Shown: positions 10,385 to 19,365, counted from the stretch's first letter. The stretch: DNA of 64,000 bases from a virus (IMGVR_UViG_3300035682_000025:8042-72041); one strand, 5' to 3'. Numbers and translations: made by a program. The notes: generated by a model not told the origin, from the letters alone.

Positions 10385-11850
10385 AGACATTCAAGCAGTT
10401 GATTGCAGAAGTCGCTCAGCCAAATAACGATGATGAGCTCAATTTCAAAGAAAAGCATACCATCGAAGTTATTGACAACGATAAACCATTTCCTACAGTG
10501 AAGAGAAGCCCACGTCGCAGAGCAGATTACGACGAAGGCGAGGATGAAGTAGTATATGAAGCATCGAAGCTTGACCCTGTTGGAAAGGCTGATGCTGATA
10601 TTGACAATGATGGCGATACAGACAATTCGGATGAGTTTCTACATGCTCGTCGCAAGGCAATCGCTAAAGCAATGAAGAAAGAAGCCCTTGATCTAAGAGA
10701 GAAGGCAGTTTCGCAGGCGCAACAGCAAGCCGCTGGTGTAGCGCTAGCTGTGAAGCGCGGAGACAAGCCAAAGTCTGCTCTCATTGGTGCATCCAAAGAG
10801 ATGTATAAAATGTCTGAGAAAGACTTGGAAGATTTTGCAAAAACGAAGCACAAGGGTCTTCCAGAAAAGATTACAGAAGCTAGTGATAGCAAAATCATCG
10901 CTTCGATCAATGCTGGTGATTCCATTGATGTTACGGTTCAAAAGAACCTGAACCGCAAAGGTGACAACAAAGACGAAATTCTCAAAGTCATTCGCGACTA
11001 CAATTGGAAGAAGCGTATGAAGAAAGAAGAAGTCGGTCAGATCGATGAAGCTGTTGCTGGTCCACAAGACTGCTGGCCCGGTTACAGAAAAGTCGGTACT
11101 AAAATGGGTACAGGCAGAAATACCGGCAATAGAGTGAACGATTGCGAAAAACTTGACGAAGATGCAACACTTGACCAAATCCGTGCTATTCTAACAAAAA
11201 AGAATGACGGAACAAAAGTAGTCAAGGATAAGTCTGGATACTTTCATATCAAAACAGCAAACTCCCACAAGGGACCATTTCATACAATGAAAGATGTTCT
11301 CAAAGATTTGAGTGAAAGCACAAAAAACCTTGGCGAGGCACTTCCAGCACATCTTGTTCGTGGTGATAGCTATGTTGGTATTCCAGATGGAATCGTTGCT
11401 CAGGCAAAAGAAAGAGTTAGACGTCTGAAACCAGCTACATCAAGTGAACATTATGAACAGATGCATAAAGCACTTTCTGACCTTGGTTGGGAGATGACTG
11501 TAGGTGGTAAGTATGTAAGAGAGGGAGCTTTTGTTGCAAAAGCAGCTAGTGCATATGTCGCAGGAAAGAAGAAATTCAAACTTGATGATGAAGAATTTCC
11601 AGTAACGATAAAGCCATCTACTGCTAAGAAGATAGTCAAAGAAAATGCAACCCTCACTGAAACTTTCAAAGTTGGTGCTGTCAAACTGAATGACGGTTCT
11701 TCTATCATCATCAAAGAGCAAGATGCAAAAATATTGAACCAACTGGTCAAAGAACTAAGTGGGCCAAATCGCGAAGCAATGATGACCGCTGCGATGAAGG
11801 ATAAGACTGGTTTCAATGAAATTCTAGGATTTGCGAAGGAGGCATTGTGA
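10381..11850 (+). CDS. Hypothetical head-morphogenesis cluster protein (possible prohead core/internal protein)
   Basis: 489 aa, highly charged (K/E/D), DADIDNDGDTDNSDE acidic cluster. ATGA overlap with portal gene. Occupies the gp67/gp68 position. Confidence 0.6.
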   Translation: MKTFKQLIAEVAQPNNDDELNFKEKHTIEVIDNDKPFPTVKRSPRRRADYDEGEDEVVYEASKLDPVGKADADIDNDGDTDNSDEFLHARRKAIAKAMKKEALDLREKAVSQAQQQAAGVALAVKRGDKPKSALIGASKEMYKMSEKDLEDFAKTKHKGLPEKITEASDSKIIASINAGDSIDVTVQKNLNRKGDNKDEILKVIRDYNWKKRMKKEEVGQIDEAVAGPQDCWPGYRKVGTKMGTGRNTGNRVNDCEKLDEDATLDQIRAILTKKNDGTKVVKDKSGYFHIKTANSHKGPFHTMKDVLKDLSESTKNLGEALPAHLVRGDSYVGIPDGIVAQAKERVRRLKPATSSEHYEQMHKALSDLGWEMTVGGKYVREGAFVAKAASAYVAGKKKFKLDDEEFPVTIKPSTAKKIVKENATLTETFKVGAVKLNDGSSIIIKEQDAKILNQLVKELSGPNREAMMTAAMKDKTGFNEILGFAKEAL

Positions 11851-12098
11851 TGATGATAATCAAGCCACTAGACGAAGAAACTTCCATAACAACAGCTGAT
11901 GATATGAATGGTGCTCGCCTTGTTCGTGTATACGCTGCAGCAGTCTCAAAAGTTACAATAGAAAATCCAGCAGCAAACACTGTCGTTGGCTCATTCACCG
12001 TTCCTGCTGGATCTACTACAATTGTGGAAAAGAATGGGACAGACACTATCGCCGGTTCTACTACGCTTCTTTGTACAGCTGTATCGTACAAGTCATAA
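11847..12098 (+). CDS. Small hypothetical protein in head module (possible prohead core component)
   Basis: 83 aa, ATGA-coupled to upstream gene, located between portal and prohead protease. Confidence 0.5.
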   Translation: MMMIIKPLDEETSITTADDMNGARLVRVYAAAVSKVTIENPAANTVVGSFTVPAGSTTIVEKNGTDTIAGSTTLLCTAVSYKS

Positions 12099-12101
12099 GA
12101 A

Positions 12102-12112
12102 TCATAAATAAA
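12102..12112 (+). promoter_or_regulatory. T4-type late promoter (TCATAAATAAA) upstream of gp21
   Basis: ATAAATA core 25 nt upstream of the gp21 start. Confidence 0.5.
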
Positions 12113-12135
12113 AGAAAACAACCGGAGAAACCATA

Positions 12136-12912
12136 ATGGCATTGCTGATTACAGAAGTATTCAACGAAGATTGCGAAGTGCTTGTTGAAGCAAATGAGAA
12201 CGGCTCTAAGTCGCATTACATCAATGGTATCTTCATGCAGGGTGATATCAAGAACCGTAATGGTCGTGTATATCCTTCTGATATGCTTGAGAAAGAGATG
12301 AAAAGATACAATGAGCAGTTCGTCAAGACGAAAAGAGCTCTTGGCGAACTAGGTCATCCAGATGGCCCACAAATCAATGGTGATCGTGTTTCACATCTAA
12401 TCACTGAAATGAAAAGAGACGGTTCCAATTTCGTTGGTAAGGCAAAGATCCTTTCTACACCAATGGGAAACATTGTCAAGACATTTATTGATGAGGGTGT
12501 AAAAATTGGAGTATCTACTCGTGGTCTTGGTTCTGTCAAGACCACAAAAGAAGGAATTATGGAAGTTCAAAATGACTTCCATCTTGCAACCGTTGATATT
12601 GTTACTGACCCAAGTGGTCCAGACTGCTTTGTTCAGGGAATAATGGAAAACACCCAATACTACTTTGATATTGCTACTGCATCTTGGAGACAATCCGCTG
12701 ATACCATAGTAGCAGAAGCAACTGAGATGGGCGCTAGTTCTATGGATGCTTGCGTATCACCCGATCAGTTCAACGAGGCTATGGATCGTATCCAGATGCT
12801 TGAAGACACTATTCGTTCTATCAAAGAGTCATTTAGCAAACCGTCAAAGAAAATTGATGAAGCTAAAGCTCTACAGATCTTTGAAACGTATATGTCAACA
12901 CTGAAAAACTGA
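12136..12912 (+). CDS. gp21: Prohead core protease (T4 gp21 homolog)
   Basis: INGIFMQGDIKNRNGRVYP, ALGELGHP and GVSTRGLGS match T4 gp21. Confidence 0.85.
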   Translation: MALLITEVFNEDCEVLVEANENGSKSHYINGIFMQGDIKNRNGRVYPSDMLEKEMKRYNEQFVKTKRALGELGHPDGPQINGDRVSHLITEMKRDGSNFVGKAKILSTPMGNIVKTFIDEGVKIGVSTRGLGSVKTTKEGIMEVQNDFHLATVDIVTDPSGPDCFVQGIMENTQYYFDIATASWRQSADTIVAEATEMGASSMDACVSPDQFNEAMDRIQMLEDTIRSIKESFSKPSKKIDEAKALQIFETYMSTLKN

Positions 12913-12915
12913 ATA

Positions 12916-12926
12916 TAATAAATAGT
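12916..12926 (+). promoter_or_regulatory. T4-type late promoter (TAATAAATAG) upstream of gp22
   Basis: ATAAATA core about 35 nt upstream of the scaffold gene. Confidence 0.5.
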
Positions 12927-12960
12927 TATGAAATCGCAAAAAACAAGAAGGAGTTTCTAA

Positions 12961-13923
12961 ATGGCAGAAAACCTAGAAGAAAAGAAGATGTCCGCTGATG
13001 GCCAATCTTCCGTTGAAGATCCAGTGAGCCCTGCTGGTGGTGAACCAAAGCAGAGCCCAACTGGTGCTGATACAAAGAAAAAGGTTGATCCAAACGCTGA
13101 CACAGTTGCTGATGGCGTTACAAAAGTTACCAAGAACGCTGAAAAAGCTGTTGAATTCGCAGAAGAAGTCGAGCTAGAAGAGCATGTCGGTATCTCTGGT
13201 CTATTTGAAGGTCTTGACCTTTCGGAAGACTTCAAAGCAAGAGCAGAGCTCGTATTCGAAGCTGCTGTCAATGAAGCTGCTACCGTCAAAGCAAAATCAA
13301 TTGTTGAATCTGTTGAGGCTGATCTACAGGAACAGTTTAGCAATTCTCTGAATGAGTCTCTAGAAGAAATCGTTGAAAATCTAGATTCATACCTTGACTA
13401 TGTTGTTCAAGAGTGGATGTCAGAAAATGAAGTTGCTATTGAAGCTGGCATCAAAGTAGAGATGGCTGAATCCTTCATGGATGGGCTAAAGGAACTCTTC
13501 TATGAGCATAATGTCAAGATTGATGAAGATACGATTGACGTGGTTGCTGAACTCGAAGAAGAAGTTGCAGCTGCTAAAGAAGCTGCAAATCGCGCTATCA
13601 TCGAAAGCATCGGCATCAACGAAGAACTACAAACTCTTCGTGCTGAGCGCGAATTTTCTAACATGACTGAAGGACTTTCACAGTCTCAAGTTGAACGTTT
13701 TCGTGTTCTATCAGAGAAACTGAATAGTTCAGATATCGCTTCCTACAAGCAAGACCTTGCTACTATCAAGGAATCTTTCTTCAAGAAAACAAACAGTGCG
13801 ACAGCCGTCAAGGATCTTGATGAAGCTGCTGGTGAGTTTATCATTGAAGAAGTTATTCCAGTCAAGAAATCCGGCGATGCTTCCATTAATGCTTATGCTG
13901 AATTTCTGAATAACATGAAATAA
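12961..13923 (+). CDS. gp22: Prohead scaffold protein (T4 gp22-like)
   Basis: 320 aa, very acidic and alpha-helical, at the gp22 position between protease and major capsid protein. Confidence 0.7.
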   Translation: MAENLEEKKMSADGQSSVEDPVSPAGGEPKQSPTGADTKKKVDPNADTVADGVTKVTKNAEKAVEFAEEVELEEHVGISGLFEGLDLSEDFKARAELVFEAAVNEAATVKAKSIVESVEADLQEQFSNSLNESLEEIVENLDSYLDYVVQEWMSENEVAIEAGIKVEMAESFMDGLKELFYEHNVKIDEDTIDVVAELEEEVAAAKEAANRAIIESIGINEELQTLRAEREFSNMTEGLSQSQVERFRVLSEKLNSSDIASYKQDLATIKESFFKKTNSATAVKDLDEAAGEFIIEEVIPVKKSGDASINAYAEFLNNMK

Positions 13924-13931
13924 TAAATAAC
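13921..13931 (+). promoter_or_regulatory. T4-type late promoter (TAATAAATAA) upstream of gp23
   Basis: ATAAATA core 38 nt upstream of the major capsid protein start, RBS AAGGAGA. Confidence 0.55.
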
Positions 13932-13966
13932 TAAGTAAACACAAACCATCAAGGAGAGACAAAGAA

Positions 13967-15286
13967 ATGAGTCAAAACAATCGTTTCCTAGTAGAAAAGT
14001 GGAAGCCAGTTCTGGACCACGAAAAATTCGGCCGTATCGGTGATGATTATCGCCGTGGCGTTACTGCAACAATTCTAGAGAACACACAGAACGCTCTGCG
14101 CGAAGACCGCACCGCAGTTTCTATGACGTCTCTCTTGAGCGAAACAACAAACAACACCTACGGCGCTGGCGCTGGTGCTGCTGGATTTAGTTCTGGTGCA
14201 GAGGCTAGCGGTCCAACCGCTGGTTATGACCCAATCCTAATCAGCTTGGTTCGTCGTTCCATGCCTAACCTGATTGCTTACGATATCGCTGGTGTTCAGC
14301 CGATGACTGGTCCAACCGGACTTATCTTCGCGATGCGCTCCAAGTATACTGCAATGGCTGGTAACACTTCAACAGAAGCTTTCTACGGCGAAGCAAACAC
14401 CGCGTTCTCTGGAACCGGAACACCAAACTCCGCTGGTCTTCCAACCAACGCAAACTTCGGTACTGCTATGAGAACTGAAGTAGGCGAAACTCTTGGTACT
14501 GGCGGCAACCCATTCGGCGAAATGGCTTTCTCAATCGAAAAAGTCGCTGTCGAAGCAAAGACCCGCGCATTGAAAGCAGAATACACCACTGAACTTGCAC
14601 AAGACCTCAAGGCAGTTCATGGTCTGGACGCTGAGACAGAACTTGCAAACATCCTTTCTTCTGAAATCCTTGTTGAAATCAACAGAGAAGTTGTTCGTAC
14701 AATCTATAGTTCTGCTGTTCAGGGTTCTCAGGGAACCGCTGTAAACGGTACATTCGATCTTGACGTTGACGCAAATGGCCGTTGGTCAGTTGAGAAGTTC
14801 AAGGGTCTGATGTTCCAGATTGAGAAAGAAGCTAACGCAATTGCTAAGGCAACTCGTCGCGGCAAGGGTAACATCGTTATCTGTTCTTCTGATGTTGCTT
14901 CTGCACTTCAGATGGCTGGTATCCTTGATTACACTCCTGCTCTAAACTCTAACAATCTACAGGTAGATGATACCGGCAATACTTTCGCTGGTGTTCTGAA
15001 CGGCCGCTTCCGCGTATACATCGACCCATACGCTGGTTCAAACTACCTGGTTGTTGGTTACAAGGGCTCATCCGCGTTTGACGCTGGTATTTTCTACTGC
15101 CCATACGTTCCACTACAGATGGTTCGTGCTATCGGCGAAGATACCTTCCAGCCAAAAATTGGCTTCAAGACCCGCTACGGCATGGTCGCGAACCCATTCG
15201 CTGGTGGCGCTACTCAAGGTATGGGTGCTATCTCTGCTGCATCAAACGTGTACTACAGAAAAGTTATTGTATCAAATCTGTTCTGA
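13967..15286 (+). CDS. gp23: Major capsid protein (T4 gp23 homolog)
   Basis: AYDIAGVQPMTGPTGLIFAM and other blocks characteristic of the T4 gp23 family. 439 aa. Confidence 0.9.
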   Translation: MSQNNRFLVEKWKPVLDHEKFGRIGDDYRRGVTATILENTQNALREDRTAVSMTSLLSETTNNTYGAGAGAAGFSSGAEASGPTAGYDPILISLVRRSMPNLIAYDIAGVQPMTGPTGLIFAMRSKYTAMAGNTSTEAFYGEANTAFSGTGTPNSAGLPTNANFGTAMRTEVGETLGTGGNPFGEMAFSIEKVAVEAKTRALKAEYTTELAQDLKAVHGLDAETELANILSSEILVEINREVVRTIYSSAVQGSQGTAVNGTFDLDVDANGRWSVEKFKGLMFQIEKEANAIAKATRRGKGNIVICSSDVASALQMAGILDYTPALNSNNLQVDDTGNTFAGVLNGRFRVYIDPYAGSNYLVVGYKGSSAFDAGIFYCPYVPLQMVRAIGEDTFQPKIGFKTRYGMVANPFAGGATQGMGAISAASNVYYRKVIVSNLF

Positions 15287-15321
15287 TAAAAGAACTCGGA
15301 AACAACCGAGTCAAACTAAAG

Positions 15322-15349
15322 GGGCGGAACTTCGGTTCCGCCTTTTTTT
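15322..15349 (+). terminator. Rho-independent terminator after the major capsid gene
   Basis: GGCGGAAC-TTCG-GTTCCGCC stem-loop followed by T7 run. Confidence 0.8.
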
Positions 15350-15404
15350 ATTGCTAAGTCAAAAACTATTTTCAGTTTCTTCTTATCGTAAGCAACTTAC
15401 TCTA

Positions 15405-15480
15405 ATAAATAGAAGTATAGGTCGCGGAGGTCGAGTCCCACCTATTCTAGAACTATCATTTTTTGGAAGGAGTCCCAGCA
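15405..15480 (+). promoter_or_regulatory. HEG-associated late promoter plus conserved leader (copy A)
   Basis: ATAAATAGAAGT...TCGCGG...CTCTAGAACT...AAGGAG, conserved with copies upstream of the HNH (29687-29765) and second GIY-YIG (62183-62267) genes. Confidence 0.6.
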
Positions 15481-16302
15481 ATGTCTATTTATACTGGTTT
15501 TGTTTACATTTGGTTTGATCGCAAAAAGAAGTGGTTTTGTATTGGTTCTCACATGGGTAGTTTGGATGATGGTTATACCTCATCAACTGGTTTCATGAAA
15601 AAGGCATACAAAAAGCGACCAAATGACTTTAGACGAAAAATACTTGAGTTTTACTATGGAAACGACAGCAGAGAACTATTCTCTATTGAACAAAAGTATC
15701 TTGACATGATAAAGGATGCAGAACTTTGTCTTGGTGAAAATAAGACAAATGGAACCATAAGATATTACAATGTAAAGAAGAAAGCATTAGGAATTTCTGG
15801 TATAGCCGCTTCTGTTATAAAGAAAAGCTATTGGAATAGTGAAATTGGTAGAAAAAAGAAGATGGAAATGAGTGAAAACATGAAGAAAAATAATCCATCA
15901 AAAAAGGGCGCGGTTCCTTGGAATAAAGGAAAGCGTTGTCCGTCAATTTCAATTGCAAAACTTGGAAAATCTATGAACTATACAGAAGAACAACGAAATC
16001 GTAGATCGGAAAGGTCCAAAGAGTTATGGGCCGATCCAGAATATCTAGAAAAAATGCGCAACCGCAAAAGCCCAGACTATGAAAAAATAGCAGACAAAAT
16101 GCGCGGCCGAAATCACGACGAAGATACTAAGGCTCGCATATCAGAATCTTTGCTGGGAAAACAAAAGACAGAAGAACACAAACTGGCAATGAAAGTATCT
16201 GCTAAAACAAGAAACCCATTTACATGCCCGCATTGTGGATTTCAAGGAAGGGGTGGTCATCGCTATCACTTCAATAACTGCAAATCTTTTCCCAAAGAAT
16301 AA
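15481..16302 (+). CDS. GIY-YIG homing endonuclease (Seg-like) with NUMOD-type DNA-binding repeats and C-terminal Zn finger
   Basis: N-terminal GFVYIWFDR...KWFCIGS GIY-YIG motif. Repeated NPSKKGAVPWNKGK / HDEDTKARISES NUMOD3-like motifs. CPHCG...HRYHFNNC at C-terminus. True start is ATG 15481 with RBS GGAAGGAG (the track start is a TTG). Confidence 0.8.
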   Translation: MSIYTGFVYIWFDRKKKWFCIGSHMGSLDDGYTSSTGFMKKAYKKRPNDFRRKILEFYYGNDSRELFSIEQKYLDMIKDAELCLGENKTNGTIRYYNVKKKALGISGIAASVIKKSYWNSEIGRKKKMEMSENMKKNNPSKKGAVPWNKGKRCPSISIAKLGKSMNYTEEQRNRRSERSKELWADPEYLEKMRNRKSPDYEKIADKMRGRNHDEDTKARISESLLGKQKTEEHKLAMKVSAKTRNPFTCPHCGFQGRGGHRYHFNNCKSFPKE

Positions 16303-16304
16303 AA

Positions 16305-16333
16305 GAGGCGGGCTTTATGCCCGCCTTTTTTTA
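16305..16333. terminator. Bidirectional rho-independent terminator
   Basis: AGGCGGGC-TTTAT-GCCCGCCT flanked by T runs on both strands. Sits between convergent genes. Confidence 0.75.
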
Positions 16334-16663
16334 TCCCAAAATGCTGAACAAATATAGCTTTGCTGGTTCGTGTTCTGTCCAGTCTAGCAACTCTTCTGAT
16401 GTCACATCACGAAAGGCAGTTGCAAGCTTATCATAGTCTTCTAGATACATGATAGTATCTTCTACCTTCATCTCAAGCAGATCGAATCCGGTGATGCTGT
16501 CGCTTACTTTCAGTATCTTGCCATAGACAGCAAACTCTTCGCTGTCTGGCGAAAAATAGCTGTCAATCGTCTCAAATTGCAAATCATCAATAAAATCTGC
16601 ATCAAGAATCTCTTCTTTTAGCTTCCATCCGAGCACAAGATAATCATATCTATACACCCCCAT
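16331..16663 (-). CDS. Hypothetical protein
   Basis: 110 aa acidic ORF, first gene of the leftward block. Confidence 0.5.
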   Translation of the reverse strand: MGVYRYDYLVLGWKLKEEILDADFIDDLQFETIDSYFSPDSEEFAVYGKILKVSDSITGFDLLEMKVEDTIMYLEDYDKLATAFRDVTSEELLDWTEHEPAKLYLFSILG

Positions 16664-16682
16664 TGTTCAGTCCTTTCTTTGG

Positions 16683-17837
16683 TTATGCTTTCACCTTTGC
16701 GCGGGTCAGAACCGTCTGTTTGGTTCCTTTGTAGAGTTTATGTTCTTTCACAGTCGCATCAACTTTGAGGTTGGTGCCTTCGGCGGATTCGACCTTGTTT
16801 CCGGTGATCCACGAGAAGGCATTGCCATCGGCATCTTTCAGCAGGTGGAGATAGGAAGGCCCGAAGGAGCCAGAACCGAGATAGATGATCCGTTCCAGCA
16901 ACAGAGAGACATCTTTCAGACGACCCTTGACTTCGCCAACGAAGTTGCTTTCCTTGACCGCAGCCTTCGGAGCGAGTTCCCGCTGCGCGGTGATGACAGC
17001 ACTAGAAATCAGGGCGACATGTTCTTTCTTGATAATGTCCTGCTTCGTCAGCACCCGAATGTTATCCATGTAATCATTGCCGAACGAAACATCCCGCCGA
17101 AAGAAGCCAACCGTTTTTTCGGCCCACTCGCGGTCAATCTCGGTGGGTTCAATCTTGTAGGCAGGAACCCCAGCGATTCCCCACATCACCATCTCGCCGG
17201 TCGTCGGGTCACCAGTTTCAGTCTGCCGTGCCTTGGAGACATAACCATGTTTCCGAATATTGGCAGCAGCTGCAACCAGAACCTCGTTCAAGCCGTAGTA
17301 GCCGAAAGAACCGAAGTTGCCGAGATCATCTTCATCCGACATATCTTTCAGTTCTTCAAAGAACTGAGCACGAGCGACAATCGATTTCGGGTCATCGATG
17401 CCGAGAAATTCCCGCAGGCACTGCCGACCGACAGCGATCTGCTTTTCGTCATTGGCGAGAACGAACACATCATTCCGCCGACGAGCAGAGTTGCAGTGGT
17501 CGCAGAAACCGTCATGCGACCGAAAACGCTCTTCCAGTGTTTTGGTCGTGCCGGGAACCCGATGGACCAGGTTCTCTTCACCGAGAAGTTCGATCCGAGC
17601 GAGGAAATCCCAACCCGAAATCCGCGGTGCTTCACCAGAGACAGTCACATCTACGAAGTCAATGACCATCTTGCCGTATTCGGTGTCCACCTCGCGAGAG
17701 ACGACTTCACCGAACGAAAAGGCGATGTCGGGATTGCCGTTCTTGACGGCTTTTTTCGCGAGCTTCACAAGCCGCGCCTCGATGGTGGTCTTACGGAAGG
17801 CGGGAATCGAGAAAGTGGTGAGTTCCATGATGAGCAT
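16683..17837 (-). CDS. Hypothetical 384-aa protein with Cys/His cluster (FCDHCNSARRRND), in GC-rich island
   Basis: Long ORF in a region of about 52-55 percent GC versus about 42 percent elsewhere. The antisense 374-aa ORF is a GC shadow. No recognisable family. Confidence 0.6.
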   Translation of the reverse strand: MLIMELTTFSIPAFRKTTIEARLVKLAKKAVKNGNPDIAFSFGEVVSREVDTEYGKMVIDFVDVTVSGEAPRISGWDFLARIELLGEENLVHRVPGTTKTLEERFRSHDGFCDHCNSARRRNDVFVLANDEKQIAVGRQCLREFLGIDDPKSIVARAQFFEELKDMSDEDDLGNFGSFGYYGLNEVLVAAAANIRKHGYVSKARQTETGDPTTGEMVMWGIAGVPAYKIEPTEIDREWAEKTVGFFRRDVSFGNDYMDNIRVLTKQDIIKKEHVALISSAVITAQRELAPKAAVKESNFVGEVKGRLKDVSLLLERIIYLGSGSFGPSYLHLLKDADGNAFSWITGNKVESAEGTNLKVDATVKEHKLYKGTKQTVLTRAKVKA

Positions 17838-17882
17838 CTCCTCTGGGTTACAGCTACACTCTAGGCCGAATCGATGTCCAAG

Positions 17883-18206
17883 TCAAGCGGCTTGTTCGCC
17901 AAGAACCTGAAAAAGATTGACGCAAGAGTGTTTTTCGATCCAATCATATACATATTCTCGTGGCGCGGTATCCATGTCATAAAGATGCTGCTCTGCCCCT
18001 TTCCAATCTCCATCTGCCAATAATACAGCAGCATCGATACCGCTCGAAGCATCCATAAGGACCATAGAAAGCATAGAGGCGTCATCTTCCCACATCACGA
18101 GATCATTTTTCAGTTTGGTCATGACCTCATTCTTTACAGCTTTAGCGAGAGCATCCCAATCTACTTTCACGACTTTGACTACCGTCTCGGTGATTACTAC
18201 AGTCAT
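17883..18206 (-). CDS. Hypothetical protein
   Basis: Track ORF trimmed to the internal ATG at 18206 (RBS AAAGGAA), which abuts the stop of the upstream gene. GC-rich island. Confidence 0.4.
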   Translation of the reverse strand: MTVVITETVVKVVKVDWDALAKAVKNEVMTKLKNDLVMWEDDASMLSMVLMDASSGIDAAVLLADGDWKGAEQHLYDMDTAPREYVYDWIEKHSCVNLFQVLGEQAA

Positions 18207-18219
18207 TTCGATTCCTTTC

Positions 18220-18528
18220 TTAAGCAGCGAGTTTCTTAGCCATCCAAGCTTCCACAACATCAGCAATCCGTTCACTTTCGTCGCCTTCTGTGTAGTAGAT
18301 TGTGAATTCGCCAACGCGGTTCGTGCTCTCTTTGGATACATACTCAAAACCGCCATAATATTCCAGAGAACCACGATTGGGTTCTTCTACGATAACAGCA
18401 TCTTCTGTGACCCAGATAGAGCCGCACCGATAGTCAAGACCAACAAGACTCGCATTCAGGCATTCGCCATTCTCTTCTAGCCACTCACGAACCCGCTCTT
18501 CAGCGTCACTTACGATATCATAAAGCAT
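18220..18528 (-). CDS. Hypothetical protein
   Basis: 102 aa, ATG start, GC-rich island. Confidence 0.45.
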   Translation of the reverse strand: MLYDIVSDAEERVREWLEENGECLNASLVGLDYRCGSIWVTEDAVIVEEPNRGSLEYYGGFEYVSKESTNRVGEFTIYYTEGDESERIADVVEAWMAKKLAA

Positions 18529-18541
18529 GGTATGTTTCCTT

Positions 18542-18853
18542 TCAACCAGCGATTTTTTTCAGAGCATTCAGAACGCGAACCGACCCGCCACTTTTATTCA
18601 TCTTGAACACACGAGAACTCATAGCGGACAGAGCCCCAATACCCCCACCATCCGTGCCCCAAATACTGCCGGGGCTGGTCGAGGGCAGAAGACCGAGAAT
18701 ACTGAAGTATTCCATGTCAGCCCGAACAAAGTCATCAGTCGAGTTGATGCCCGACTTGGTGATGGTCAGGATGGAACCGCGAACGGTCACCTCCCAGCCA
18801 TACTCATTAGCGACAGCGAGAATCTTCGCGGCGGTTTCTGTAGCAGCACTCAT
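18542..18853 (-). CDS. Hypothetical protein
   Basis: Track start 18868 is a TTG. ATG at 18853 is preceded by GAAGGAG. Confidence 0.45.
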   Translation of the reverse strand: MSAATETAAKILAVANEYGWEVTVRGSILTITKSGINSTDDFVRADMEYFSILGLLPSTSPGSIWGTDGGGIGALSAMSSRVFKMNKSGGSVRVLNALKKIAG

Positions 18854-18888
18854 GGCGATCTCCTTCAAAGCAGCGATTACTTTTTGAC

Positions 18889-18915
18889 AGTATAGTGATT
18901 CGGATTTATTGTCAA
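18889..18915 (-). promoter_or_regulatory. Conserved early promoter P1 (TTGACA-N15-TATACT with CGAATC spacer)
   Basis: Reverse complement reads TTGACAataaatccgaatcacTATACT. Confidence 0.55.
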
Positions 18916-19295
18916 GCGGCGATAAGCATCTCTACCGCTTCAAATGGAATATTGTCAGCTTTGTATTTCCACACAGAGACGAACCATGCCTCACCGTCCC
19001 ACAGGTAGAGGTACTGAGCTCCAGCATATTCAAAGCCTTCAGCGAAGTAATCTTCGACCGAAGCGAAAGTGACAGCCTTGTCCGAATGAACAGCGCTATT
19101 CCGCGACTCTTCGTAGTCCTTCGTCAGTGACGACAGATAACCACCAGTCGCAACAATCCAAGCATCCAATGAACTGTTGTAGGATTCCGTAAGCAACGCG
19201 CCCACCCCTTCGACATAACCATCATAATGAACATAGGAAGCAGTGACTTCGTTGGTCTCTTCGTCCCAAATACCGATCATAGCATGAGTACCCAT
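18912..19295 (-). CDS. Hypothetical protein
   Basis: 127 aa, ATG with RBS AAGGAG. Confidence 0.5.
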   Translation of the reverse strand: MGTHAMIGIWDEETNEVTASYVHYDGYVEGVGALLTESYNSSLDAWIVATGGYLSSLTKDYEESRNSAVHSDKAVTFASVEDYFAEGFEYAGAQYLYLWDGEAWFVSVWKYKADNIPFEAVEMLIAA

Positions 19296-19338
19296 TGCGA
19301 TTCTCCTTGTCTCGCGATTACTTCTTGACGGTATACCG

Positions 19339-19365
19339 ATTCGTCTCTCTTGTCAAGCAAGTATT
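19339..19365 (-). promoter_or_regulatory. Conserved early promoter P2
   Basis: Reverse complement reads TTGACAagagagacgaatcggTATACC. Confidence 0.5.

Noticed and set aside
15421-15445. tRNA-like fragment ggtcgcggaggtcgagtcccacc (T-arm-like GGTCGAGTCC) upstream of GIY-YIG-1
   Set aside because: No complete cloverleaf can be drawn (no acceptor stem or anticodon arm). The segment is instead part of the conserved HEG leader (TCGCGG...CCCAC) shared with two other sites.
16740-17864. 374-aa + strand ORF (and nested 17228-17665, 17398-17910) antisense to the 384-aa gene
   Set aside because: Lies in the GC-rich island where antisense frames stay open by composition. Low-complexity Arg/Ser/Pro-rich translation. 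The sense gene has an RBS and fits the tiling of - strand genes.
17883-18374. 163-aa version of ORF overlapping 18220-18528 by 155 nt
   Set aside because: The N-terminal extension overlaps the upstream gene in another frame. An internal ATG at 18206 with RBS sits 14 nt after that gene's stop, so the short form was adopted.
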